A stretch of 64,000 bases of DNA, from contig CBDCXR010000004.1 in NCBI GenBank assembly GCA_965223845.1, positions 5,600,001 through 5,664,000 on the forward strand. Direction: 5' to 3'. The first letter of the stretch is position 1. Every line of letters starts with the position of its first letter. Shown piece after piece: positions 52,080 to 62,500 of this stretch. The notes beneath the pieces are model-generated. The model did no database searches, had not been told where the DNA came from, and was given only the letters and a program-made list of their open reading frames with translations. The position numbers were made by a program, and so were the translations under genes. This DNA is from Planctomycetota bacterium. Its GTDB lineage: Bacteria > Planctomycetota > UBA8108 > SXIK01.

Positions 52080-55000
52080 TTACCCTCGCGTCACCGCCTC
52101 GTCGAGGTTGAAGACGACCCGCGCGACCGTGACCCAAGCAGCGGCTTCGATCGCGCGCCCGGCGGCGACGCCAGCCTCGAGCCCTGCAAACGTACGGGCG
52201 GCTTCCGCGTCGCGCCGGAAGCTTGCGCGCGCCTCTTCGTAGAGCTCGAGGAGAGCGCCGCGTTCCACGTCGTCTGGCTCGCGAGAGACGACGCTCATAA
52301 AAAGCATTCGTGCGCGGTCGCTCGCGCTCTCGTCGGGTGTCGCCGCGATGCGCCGGCCGAGCGCCTGCGCGCCTTCGAAAAGGACGGGGTCGTTGAGCAG
52401 AGTGAGCGCCTGAAGCGGCGTGTTCGAGCGACGACGACGCAGGCAAGTCGTATTCGAGTCCGGTGCGTCGAACGTCGAGAGCATCGGGAAGGGAACGGTC
52501 CGCTGAAAAAAGATGTAGAGACCGCGCCGGTACCGATCGCCTCCGCTCGCGACGTCCCATTTGACGGAGTTCGCGTAGCCGAGCTCGCGCACTCCCTCCG
52601 GAAGCGGTGGACGCACGCTCGGCCCGCCGATCTTGCGCACGAGGAGATCGCTCGAGCCGAGGAAAAGATCGCGTACGGTCTCGGCCGCGAGGCGAAACCG
52701 GTTCTGCCGCGCGAGGAGTCGATTGCGCGGATCGATCGACTCGAGCTCCGGTCGGACGTTCGACGCTTGACGATACGTCGCCGAGCAAACGATGAGTCGA
52801 ATGAGCTCCTTCCGACTCCATCCGAGCCGGCGGTACTCGTTCGCGAGCCAATCAAGAAGCGCCGGGTGCGTGGGTGTTTCGCCCCGCGTGCCGAAATCTT
52901 CGGGCGTTCTCACGAGTCCCTCGCCGAAGAGATGCTGCCAGACTCGATTCGCAGCGACGCGGGCCGTGAGCGGATTGGCGGGATCGAAGAGCCAATGGAC
53001 GAGGTCGATGCGATCGGGGCTGCTCGCCCGGGGCGAAAACGCGTGGAGAACCTCCGGCGTTCCCGGACCGACTTCCGCGCCCGGCCGAAGAAAGTCCCCG
53101 CGCGCGAGGATGCGCGTCGTTCGACGCGGAGTTCGTTCGCGCACCGTTCGGGCGATCGTCTTCGGCGCAGCCGGCTCGAGCTTTCGGTGCGCATTCAGTG
53201 CTGCCTGGCGCTCGCGCACCGCAGGATCGAGATCGCGATAGAAGCCCCGGATGCGGTTCGCGTCGGACTCGCCTCTCTCTTCGCGCGCGACGCGTGCAAT
53301 GCGGAGGATGTCATCGGGAATCGAGTCCGCGCGACCGTTCTGCGGCGCCGCGCTGAGATCGACGCGAAAGCGACCGATCGTGTGCTGCGAGCCGTGAACC
53401 TGTTTCAATCTGAGCCGTACACGCGCGCCGGGTGAGAGCTCGACCGGCTCGGCGAGCTCGAACGTCGCCGAATGACGCCGTCCGTAATGGGGAGCGATGC
53501 CCCAGCCCGTTTCGGGTTTGCCGTCGATCGTCGCCGTCACCGGCCAACGATTCTGCGAGTGCTCCGCGCTCGCGGCGGCGAGCTTGATCGGTTTCGCCTT
53601 CGCCGCGTCGCCGTCTGCGATCTCGAGCTCGACCTCGGAGAGAACGAAGTTCCCGTGCTCCGTGCGACCGGGACCCTTGGCGCCGAGACTCTCGTGCGGC
53701 AGCGCGTGCACGCGAAGCGCGTGAAGCGCGCGCAAGTCTGCCTTCCCTTCAAGAAGATATGTATCGCTCTCCGGTCGCTCCCCGCTCGCGAGGATCGAGC
53801 CGTCGTCCAGAGTCGCGAGCGTCGCTCCTTCCGTCGAGCTCGCGACGGTCACTTCGAGTGGCGTCCACGAGACGAGGTCGGCGAGCGTTCCCTCCCATTC
53901 GCGCTGTCGCGCGGCGAGACCGTCTCGGTCGACCGACGCCACCGCGGCGACAAGTTTCGCGTCCTCGAGATCGAACGACGCTTTAGCCGCTCGGTACGCT
54001 TTTGCCTCTTCCTCGAGGGCCGCCGGCGTGGTCGTCTCATCGATCGAATTGAAGAAGGCGAAGAGACGATAATACTCGTGCTGCGTGATCGGATCGTACT
54101 TGTGGGAGTGGCACTGCGCGCAGCCGAAGGTGAGACCGAGCCACACGCTCGCCGTCGTATTGGCGCGGTCGACCGTCGCCTTCACGCGAAACTCCTCCTG
54201 GTCCGTTCCGCCCTCGGTGTTCGTCAGCGTGTTGCGATGGAATCCGGTCGCGACGAGTTGCTCCGTCGTCGCCCCAGGGAGAAGATCTCCGGCGAGTTGC
54301 TCGAGGGAGAATCGATCGAACGGAAGGTCCTCGTTGATCGCTCGAATCACCCAGTTCCGGTAGCGCCACGCGAACGGCCGGGGTCGATCCTTCTCGTAGC
54401 CGTCGCTGTCGGCGTAGCGCGCGAGATCGAGCCAGTGCCGCCCCCAGTGCTCGCCGAAGTGCGGTGATTCGAGCAAGCGATCGACCGCCCGCTCATAGGC
54501 ACCGGCGGCGCGATCGGCGAGAAACGACGCGACCTCCGCCGGCGACGGCGGGAGGCCCGTCAGGTCGAGGGAAAGACGACGCAACAGCGTCGTTCGGTCC
54601 GCCTCGGGAGAAGGTTCGATCGCTCGCCGCTCGAGCTGCGCGAGGACGAACGCGTCGATCGAGTTTCGAATCCACTCCGCTCGTTTCACCCGGGGTGGCG
54701 ATGGGTCGGCGATCGGCTGGAACGCCCAGTGGTCGCTCGTCTGCGCGATGGTGACGCCAGCCGGCCACTCGAGTCCGCCGTCGATCCACCGGCGGAGAAC
54801 TTCGATCTCGCGCGTTGTGAGGCGTTCGCCTTCGGGCGGCATGACGAGCTCCGGATCGGAGCCACTCACGAGCTCGACCAGCCGACTCTCCCCGCTCGAG
54901 CCGGGGACCGCTGCCGCTCCACCGTCGCCGCCGCGGAGCACCGCCGCCCGCGAGTCGAGCCGAAGTCCGCCCTTCGCCTTGCCGCCACCGTGACAACCGA

Positions 55001-55190
55001 TACACCGCTTCGCGATGATCGGAAGCACGTCGCGCGCGAACTCGACCGCACGCGGTGAGCTCGCCTTCGAGACATTTTCGTCGCCGAAAGCGACTCCGAC
55101 CGCACTCAGAGCGAGCGCGAACGCAAAGGCGGGCGGGAACGACGAACGGGGCTTAGGCCCCGCGCGGAGCCCGATTCGGATCGAGAGCAT
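52080..55190 (-). CDS. Planctomycete cytochrome C / DUF1549 / DUF1553 (PSD1) domain protein
   Basis: CIGCHG, HWAFQP, RRLSLDLTGLPP, WLDLARYADS, CAQCHSHKYDP, NPLTARV, NTPLQAL. Confidence 0.93.
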   Translation of the reverse strand: MLSIRIGLRAGPKPRSSFPPAFAFALALSAVGVAFGDENVSKASSPRAVEFARDVLPIIAKRCIGCHGGGKAKGGLRLDSRAAVLRGGDGGAAAVPGSSGESRLVELVSGSDPELVMPPEGERLTTREIEVLRRWIDGGLEWPAGVTIAQTSDHWAFQPIADPSPPRVKRAEWIRNSIDAFVLAQLERRAIEPSPEADRTTLLRRLSLDLTGLPPSPAEVASFLADRAAGAYERAVDRLLESPHFGEHWGRHWLDLARYADSDGYEKDRPRPFAWRYRNWVIRAINEDLPFDRFSLEQLAGDLLPGATTEQLVATGFHRNTLTNTEGGTDQEEFRVKATVDRANTTASVWLGLTFGCAQCHSHKYDPITQHEYYRLFAFFNSIDETTTPAALEEEAKAYRAAKASFDLEDAKLVAAVASVDRDGLAARQREWEGTLADLVSWTPLEVTVASSTEGATLATLDDGSILASGERPESDTYLLEGKADLRALHALRVHALPHESLGAKGPGRTEHGNFVLSEVELEIADGDAAKAKPIKLAAASAEHSQNRWPVTATIDGKPETGWGIAPHYGRRHSATFELAEPVELSPGARVRLRLKQVHGSQHTIGRFRVDLSAAPQNGRADSIPDDILRIARVAREERGESDANRIRGFYRDLDPAVRERQAALNAHRKLEPAAPKTIARTVRERTPRRTTRILARGDFLRPGAEVGPGTPEVLHAFSPRASSPDRIDLVHWLFDPANPLTARVAANRVWQHLFGEGLVRTPEDFGTRGETPTHPALLDWLANEYRRLGWSRKELIRLIVCSATYRQASNVRPELESIDPRNRLLARQNRFRLAAETVRDLFLGSSDLLVRKIGGPSVRPPLPEGVRELGYANSVKWDVASGGDRYRRGLYIFFQRTVPFPMLSTFDAPDSNTTCLRRRRSNTPLQALTLLNDPVLFEGAQALGRRIAATPDESASDRARMLFMSVVSREPDDVERGALLELYEEARASFRRDAEAARTFAGLEAGVAAGRAIEAAAWVTVARVVFNLDEAVTRG

Positions 55191-55337
55191 CGCGGCGATT
55201 CCTTCCGGTCCAGCCCGCTCCAAAAGCCGAAAGCGGGTACGATCGGGAAACGATCGTCACCATCATCGCGAATCTCCGCCGCTCGGGCAACGGAAGAGCT
55301 CGCGCACGGGCGCGCTCGTCCGGATGCCGTCCGATGT

Positions 55338-56333
55338 TCAGGTCGCGCGGTCGGCGGTGATCAGGTTGAGGATTCGCTCCTTGTCCCCGAGCGCGATGAG
55401 CGAATCGCCCTCGCGGATGTCCACCGCCGCACCGGGGGTGGTGAGGAGCTCGCCGTCTGCCCGTCGAATCGCGACGATGATGAGCCCGCGATCGCGGAGA
55501 TCGGTGTCCTGAAGTCGAGCCCCCGCGTAGGGCGAATCGGCCGTGATCTGAATCTCCGCGAGATCGAGCCCGGCGTCCTTTGTCGTAACGAGCTCCATGA
55601 ACTCCTGAACGTTCGGGTTGACGAGCCAGCGGGCCATTTTCGTCGCCGTACTGTGATAGAGATTCACGACCTGATCCGCCCCGGCGCGGAGCAGCTTCGC
55701 CTCGCCGTTCTCGTCCGAGGTGCGTGCGACGATGAGCAGTCGCTTCGAATCGCTCGAGAGATGGCGGACGGTGAGCACGACGTAGAGATTGTCTGAGTCG
55801 CTCCCGAGCGTCGCGACCACGCCGCGAGCCTTGTCCACCCCTGCGCTGAGAAGCACGCGATCCTCGGTGCAGTCACCGTGGATCACCGGCCATTTGCGAT
55901 CGCGACACTCTCTCCCAGCGGCCTCATCGACCTCGATCACGACGAACGGCATGTTCATCGCTTCGAGCTGCTCGCACACGATTTGACCCATACGCCCGAA
56001 GCCGCACACGATGAAGTGGTCTTCGAGCGAGCTCTTGATGTTCTCCATGCGCCGCGTCTCCAGCCAGTCGCGCACCACACCTTCGACGAGGAGCTTCCCG
56101 AGCTCCGCCATGCAGAAAACGAACGCTCCGATGCCGATCCCGAGGTAGATCGTGACGAAGACTTTTCCCGTCGTCGAGAGGGGCTGAACTTCTCCGTAGC
56201 CGACCGTGGTCAGAGTGATCACGGTCATGTACGCGCAGTCGACGAGGCTCCACCCTTCGACGATCCGAAAACCCAGGATGCCGACGATTGTGAGAAGCAA
56301 GAGGATCGCGGCGATTCGAGCGAGGTACGCCAT
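55338..56333 (-). CDS. Potassium channel with TrkA-N/TrkA-C (RCK) domains
   Basis: Selectivity filter TTVGYG, CGFGRMG Rossmann motif, C-terminal TrkA-C. Confidence 0.93.
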   Translation of the reverse strand: MAYLARIAAILLLLTIVGILGFRIVEGWSLVDCAYMTVITLTTVGYGEVQPLSTTGKVFVTIYLGIGIGAFVFCMAELGKLLVEGVVRDWLETRRMENIKSSLEDHFIVCGFGRMGQIVCEQLEAMNMPFVVIEVDEAAGRECRDRKWPVIHGDCTEDRVLLSAGVDKARGVVATLGSDSDNLYVVLTVRHLSSDSKRLLIVARTSDENGEAKLLRAGADQVVNLYHSTATKMARWLVNPNVQEFMELVTTKDAGLDLAEIQITADSPYAGARLQDTDLRDRGLIIVAIRRADGELLTTPGAAVDIREGDSLIALGDKERILNLITADRAT

Positions 56334-56645
56334 AAGAGCTGTTCTGACCGACTTCGGCTCTACTTAACGCCGGAAGTCTACCGCGTCACGCGTTCTCGCC
56401 TCTTCCGAAAAAAGCGACCTCGCGCGAGTCGTTCGCGCTCTCATCGTCGTCCGGTCGGAAGCGTGAACTTTCCTCTGCTCCTTTCCGGCCGGAAGGTACG
56501 ATAGTATATGGAGACGGCCGGTGACAGCCGGCGCCTTCGAGGGAGCGAGCGGTTCGACGTAGTCCCGCGCGGAGTTTCGACCGGGCGAGGGCGGGATCGG
56601 CTCGCGTCTTCGATTTCGACCTTCCCCCGAGTTCGGTGTCCCAGA

Positions 56646-56945
56646 ATGAGCGGCACGACCGAAGGACCCGCGGTCCTCGAATCCCCGGAGACCACCGCTG
56701 AGACGCGGCTCGATCGGGTGTGGAATGTCGTCGTCTGGAACGATCCGATCAACCTGATGAGCTACGTGACCTACGTGTTTCAGAAGCTCTTCGGCTACTC
56801 GCTCGAGAAGGCGACGCAGCACATGCTCGAGGTCCACCACCGCGGCCGGTCGGTCGTCGCGAGCGTCGAGCGGGAGAAGGCGGAGTTCTACGTCGGCCAG
56901 CTGCACGCCTACGGCCTCCAGGCGACCATGGAGAAGGTCTGCTGA
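56646..56945 (+). CDS. clpS: N-end-rule adaptor ClpS
   Basis: [33 protein letters not shown]. Confidence 0.92.
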   Translation: MSGTTEGPAVLESPETTAETRLDRVWNVVVWNDPINLMSYVTYVFQKLFGYSLEKATQHMLEVHHRGRSVVASVEREKAEFYVGQLHAYGLQATMEKVC

Positions 56946-57475
56946 TGCTGCGCGCGCAGAAGCTCGACGACGGCGACTACGAGGTCCATCTTCCGCCCCA
57001 GGCGCTCGAGCTCTTGTGGCATCTTCCGCGTCGATTGCGGAATCTTCTCGAGAGCCCCGACTTCGAGGATCGCGTCGTTCGACGACTCTTCCCGGTCGCC
57101 TACGACGACGAGGAGAAGGAAAGCGAGTACCGCGAGCTTCTCGGCGACGACCTGCGCCAACGAAAGCTCGCCGCGATCGATGTCTTCGAGGAGATCTTGC
57201 GGTCGGGAGAGATCCACCGGCGCGAGGCGCATCTCTCGATCCCGGCCGAACGATTCGATTCGGTCCTCGGGTTCATCAATGACATGAGGCTGCTCCTCGG
57301 CGTCGAGCTCGACATCACCGACGACAACTGGCAGTTCGAGATCTCGCCGGACCATCCCCGAGCGGAAGAGATGCTCCTTCTCGACTTCCTCGGCTTCCTC
57401 CAGCACAGCCTTCTCGAGGCGACGGGGATGGCCGACCTCGAGGGGATCGATCTCGCTCCTCCTCCCGAGGCCTAA
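56945..57475 (+). CDS. DUF2017-family protein
   Basis: RRLFPVAY, INDMRLLLG, FLGFLQHSLL; TGATG coupling to clpS. Confidence 0.75.
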   Translation: MLRAQKLDDGDYEVHLPPQALELLWHLPRRLRNLLESPDFEDRVVRRLFPVAYDDEEKESEYRELLGDDLRQRKLAAIDVFEEILRSGEIHRREAHLSIPAERFDSVLGFINDMRLLLGVELDITDDNWQFEISPDHPRAEEMLLLDFLGFLQHSLLEATGMADLEGIDLAPPPEA

Positions 57476-58010
57476 GGGCCGGATCGCGCCACGGTCGAGC
57501 GTTCGGGCTCGGACTGGGCTCAGTCGGTCGCCTCGCAGTCGGTGCGTACGCGTGAATCGGCGATTCACGCTCGACCACCGAAATGAGCTGCCTCGTGCGG
57601 CGGCAATCGTTGTGCGCGCTCGATCGGGTGGATCTTCTGCGCGGAGAGCTTCGGCGGGTGCGACGGTCGCGAGAACCGGAGTCGGCGCCGGCGGCGCCGG
57701 TGCGTAGACCGTCGGTGAATCTCTCGCCGGATGCGCGAAACGAGAATAGCCGAGGATCACGAGCCGGTGCACCCAGCGTCCGTTTCCTTCGCAGTTCGAT
57801 CGGACGGAAAGCTACGCAACTCGTCCGCGAGCAGTCGCACATGCTGCCGAAACTCCCCCTTAGCGCATTCGTCGAACGGGTCAGAAAGGGGTCGCGGAAC
57901 TCTGCGGTAAGAAGCGGCGACGCCCGCCGCCGCACCATTCTCAAATGGACTAGACGCTCGCCGATCGACCTCGATCCTCAGAAAACGAATCAGGTGAGAA
58001 TTTCTTCTTC

Positions 58011-59129
58011 TTGACTTCGGCGGGTCAAGGAAGCGTGGGCCATCTCGCCCGAGTCGCCGAGCGAGCACTGAGGCAGATCACCGACGCACTCCCCGGGGTC
58101 GCAGGCAAGAACTGTTATGGCAAGTTCGCTTGCCTTGCGTTTCGCGACTACGAGACGTACTACGAGTACATCTCGTATTTCTGTCCCGAGGGCGAGTTCG
58201 GCGCTTCCGGCGGTGCCTATCTTGCGCAGGGATACTCCCACTTTGTCCTCAATCACGCAGAACACTCTTCGTTGGAGTTCGTGTTGGTTCATGAGCTCAC
58301 CCACGCCTGTCTCTCCGATTGCCCTCTCCCGCTGTGGCTCGAGGAAGGAGTCACTCAAATCATGGAGGAGGCGATCTTCGGTCACTCGGACTTCGCGATG
58401 AACCGCGAGGAGCTCGCTCGGCACCAGAGTTACTGGGCCGAGAATGGGCTGCGCTGCTTCTGGTCGGGTCGGAGCTTCCAGCGTCCCGACGACGGGATGG
58501 AACTGAGTTACGTGCTAGCGCAAGTCCTGACGCGGAATCTCCTTTCGCGAGGACGAGAGACGTTTCTGCGACTCTTGACGGCTGCGGAGCCCTTGGATTG
58601 TGGGGACAGCGCGACGAGAGAGATCTACGGGTTCGGTCTCGGTGACTTGGCGACTCACTTCCTTGGCGAAGGCGATTGGGGCTGGACGCCTGTGAACGCT
58701 GCCGACTTTTACTCCCGAGCCGTACTGCACCTGACCCGTCGCAAGTACGCGGAGGCGACTCAATACTTCGAGGCGGCTCTCCATGACGGGGAGGATCCAG
58801 AACACTTGAACGCGTTCGCTTGGCTTCTGTGCACCTGTCCCCAAGACAACGTCCGCGATGGCAGTCGAGCAGTTGCGCTTGCGACTCGTGCGTGCGAGCT
58901 GACCCACTGGAGATCCGAAGCAATTCTAGACACGCTCGGCGCTGCCTACGCTGAAGTTCGTGACTTCGCGCGCGCGGTGAAGTGGGCTCGTGCTGCGGTC
59001 GACCTGGCGGCGGACGAACACCAGCAGGGAGACGAAGCTCGGCTGAGGTTGTACGAAGCGGGCGAGCCGTACCGAGAAGACCCTGGGACAACCGGCGATG
59101 CTTCTACTGTCTCGCACGCGAGTCAGTAA
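58011..59129 (+). CDS. HExxH metallopeptidase-like domain plus TPR protein, possibly 5'-truncated
   Basis: VHELTH...PLWLEEG; C-terminal TPR-like NAFAWLLCTCP...DTLGAAYAE; atypical codon usage. Confidence 0.7.
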   Translation: MTSAGQGSVGHLARVAERALRQITDALPGVAGKNCYGKFACLAFRDYETYYEYISYFCPEGEFGASGGAYLAQGYSHFVLNHAEHSSLEFVLVHELTHACLSDCPLPLWLEEGVTQIMEEAIFGHSDFAMNREELARHQSYWAENGLRCFWSGRSFQRPDDGMELSYVLAQVLTRNLLSRGRETFLRLLTAAEPLDCGDSATREIYGFGLGDLATHFLGEGDWGWTPVNAADFYSRAVLHLTRRKYAEATQYFEAALHDGEDPEHLNAFAWLLCTCPQDNVRDGSRAVALATRACELTHWRSEAILDTLGAAYAEVRDFARAVKWARAAVDLAADEHQQGDEARLRLYEAGEPYREDPGTTGDASTVSHASQ

Positions 59130-59538
59130 AAAGCTCGGCATCTACTTCGCACGCGCCCAGGCCGCGACCTCGCCCGGCTCGGATTCGGCCGCCCGGCCGC
59201 CGAGCCGCCGGAAGAGCGGGCAAAAGTGTCATCCGAGCGGTAATTTGGGTGGAGGCTGCTAAGGCAGGTTTACGCTCGCGCTCCCGCGCGACACCGCGCC
59301 CGCCCCGCAAGCCATTTCCAATTCATGGCTTAGGTCGTCTCGACACGTCTCCGTCACGCGCGGCGAGCGGCTTGCGCAGAAGCAGTCGGCCGAATGAATC
59401 TTCGTCGAGCTCCCGCGACGATCCCCTCGCATCGCCAGCGTCTCCCGCTCGCACCACCGCCCCGCGAGGCACGGAGATTCGCCTTATCTTCGTCTACTTG
59501 TTCATTACTAAACCGTAATACTGAGCAACTCGCGCTCG

Positions 59539-62500
59539 ATGCCCTCCGACGATCCCCACCGCCTCGCTCCCGCCGGATTCGGCCCGCGGTACGAAACCAT
59601 TCGTACCCTCGGCCGCGGCGGAGCGGGGACGGTCTATCTCGTCCGCGACGCCTACCTCGAGCAGGAGATCGCGCTCAAGATCCTCGACACGCCCGAGACG
59701 CGAGATGCCGTCGAGGAAACGCAGCGGGAATTCACGCTTCTCGCTCAGATCGACCACCCCGCGATCGCGCGCGCCTACGACTTCGGCTACTTCGGCGATC
59801 GACCGTACTTTACGAGCGAGTACATTCGCGGGGCGCTTCCCGATGCGCCGATCGGCGAGTCCGATGCGCTCGCGCGCATCGGACTCGACATCGCCGAAGC
59901 GCTCGAGTTTCTTCATGCGCACCGGATCCTTCACCTCGACGTCAAGCCGAGCAACATCGCGATCCGGCGCGACCCACCGTCGCACGCGGTGCTTCTCGAC
60001 TTCGGCTTATGGCGGAAAGCCGGTCCCCCGGCGACCGGCCGCCTGCGCGGCTCGCTCCCGTTCATGGCGCCCGAGTACTTCAGCGGGGGCGAGCTCGGAC
60101 CGTGGACGGATGCGTACGCGCTCGGCGTGACTCTCTATCGACTCGCGACGGGCCGGTTTCCGCGCCCGGGCGCCGCCGGCGCGCAGCTCTCGTCCGCAGA
60201 GGACGTCCCCCATCCTTCCGACGAACGTGCGTGGTTTCCCGCGCCCGTTCCTCCGTCGCAAGTGGTCCGTGGTCTCTCGTCCGATTTCGATCGTGTGATC
60301 CTCGAATGCCTGGCGCTCGACCCGGCCGCCCGCGCGATCTCGCCGCGGGATCGGCTCGCGACACTCACGAGACGCGGTTCGTGGAGCCGTCGACTCACGC
60401 GCCCGCACGCCATGCACGAGACGGTCGGGCGAGCCGCTGAGCTCGACCTGATCGATGAGTTTCTGAACGACGACGAGGCGCCCGCCCTCGTCGTGACGGG
60501 ATCGCCGGGTGCAGGCGTGAGTCACGTCCTCCGCGAAGCCAAGCGTCGCGCACAGATCGCCGGCCGAAGCTCGTACCTCGAGCGTGCGGAGGCGCTCGAC
60601 GCGCGACCCGGCAGCGTGCTGCGATGCCTGGCGGCGCATCTCGGCGAAGATGCGGACGCTCGTCGCCGCTGGCGAGAGTTCAGCGATCGACTCCAGCGCC
60701 CGCGAAAGGCTCGCCACCACGGACAGCGAGATAGCACCGCGGACGCCGAACGACGTCTGCGGCGAGTGAGCGAACTCTCCCTCGCGCTGGGCGCGCTCTC
60801 GAATCCGCTCGTCCTTCTCGTCGACGATCTTCACGCATTCGATGAAATCTCCGTTGGACTGATCGCCGATACGCTCCGCGCGATCGCCGCATTCGAAGCT
60901 GACCGTCGACCACCGATTCGAATCGCGGTGGGCTACCGCGAAGAGGGGTCCTCGGTGAGTTTGCTCCGCGAGATCTCGCAACTGGTCGAAGGCGAGAGCC
61001 TCGGCAGGACCTTGACCGTCCTCCCGCTTTCGGCGACCGATACGAACCGTCTCTTCACCGCGGCGGCGCGAGATCTCGGCGAGGAGGCGCCCACGACGAC
61101 GAAGAGCGCGATCGCACGCTACGAAGAGACTCGCGGTCTCCCGGCCCGCATCATCGAGGCGGCGCGGGTGGTCGGACGCGACGCGAAGCAGCGATCGCGG
61201 CGAGAAGAGAAAGAGCCGCCGATCCTTCCCGACGACGAAGGCTCGCTGGCCGTTCTCCGCATCCTTCAGCTTCTGCGCACTCCAGCCTCGGCAAAGGAGA
61301 TTGCGGGCGTGCTCGATCGCCCGCGCCCGCAGATCGAGCGCGATCTCGCGCGGCTCGCCGAGCGTCATCTCGTCCGTGGCGAGGACGACGACCTCCGCCG
61401 TGGGACTCGCTGGCGCGCGCTCGACGGCCTTGCACCAGTCTCGAGCGGAGCGACGAAGACCGAAGAGAGGCGTACGCACCGTGCCGTCGGCCGTATGCTC
61501 GTCACGCGCGCGAAAACGGGAGACGAAGCGGCGATCGTCGAAGCGGCCGGACACTTCGTCCGCGCGGGAGACCGCACCGCCGTGGCCGAGATCGGGGCGG
61601 AGGCGGCTCGTTATTTGACATCGACGTTTCAGAATTGCGCCGCACGCGACATGCTCGCGCGCGTTCTCAAGGCACTCCCTACTCGCGCTCGCGCGCGACG
61701 TGTCGAGGTCGCCCTCGAGATGGCCGATCTCTATTCGCGCACCGGCGACCTCGAGCGCGGGATCGATCTTCTCCGCTCGATCCTCGCGGGCACGCCCGCC
61801 CCGAGCGGCTCGACACGACTCCGCGTCCTCCTCAGCCTCGCGGTCCTCTACGGCCGGCGCGGCGAGTTCAAGCACGCCTCCGCACTCTTCGGCGAGGTGA
61901 TCCCGCGCGACGTCGAATCGGTCCGCGGACTCGAGCGCGAGGAGCTCATTCATTTCGTGAACGAGTACGCCGCGATGAAAGGGTTCACCGGCGACTACGA
62001 GGGCGCGATCGCGCTCTGCGAAAGCGCGATGAAGCTCGCCGGACGAAGCCGCTCGACGGCGATCCGCGACGCCGTCCTCAATCTCTACGCCACGCGAGCC
62101 GCGGTCGCGGTGCGCACGTACGACTATTCCGGAGCGAGCCACCACTTCGAGAGTGCCCTTCAGATCGCCGAGGCGATCGGCTCCGTCACGAACCGCGCGG
62201 TGATCCTCAACAATCTCGGTATCGTCTACAACCAATGCGATCGCTACGCCGATGCGATCCGAGCGTTTCGGGAAGCTGAGCGCACCTGCGTCCAGCTCGA
62301 CGAGGGCCCTTCGCTCGTCTCGATCCAGTGCAACCTCGCGATCCTCTACGCCAAACGCGGCGAGTTCGCCGCCCAAGAGCGTGCGATCGCCGAGGCCGAG
62401 CGCCTCCATCCCGCGGCGGTCGGACAGAGACAGGCTTTCTTCTTCGATCACGCTCGCGGATTGTGCTCCCTCTACCGCGGACGCTTCGCCGAGGCGCGGG

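Noticed and set aside
59361-59376. Sigma54 -24/-12 promoter (CGGCGAGCGGCTTGCG)
   Set aside because: GG-N10-GC spacing fits, but the -24 element is weak and such matches are expected by chance in GC-rich DNA.
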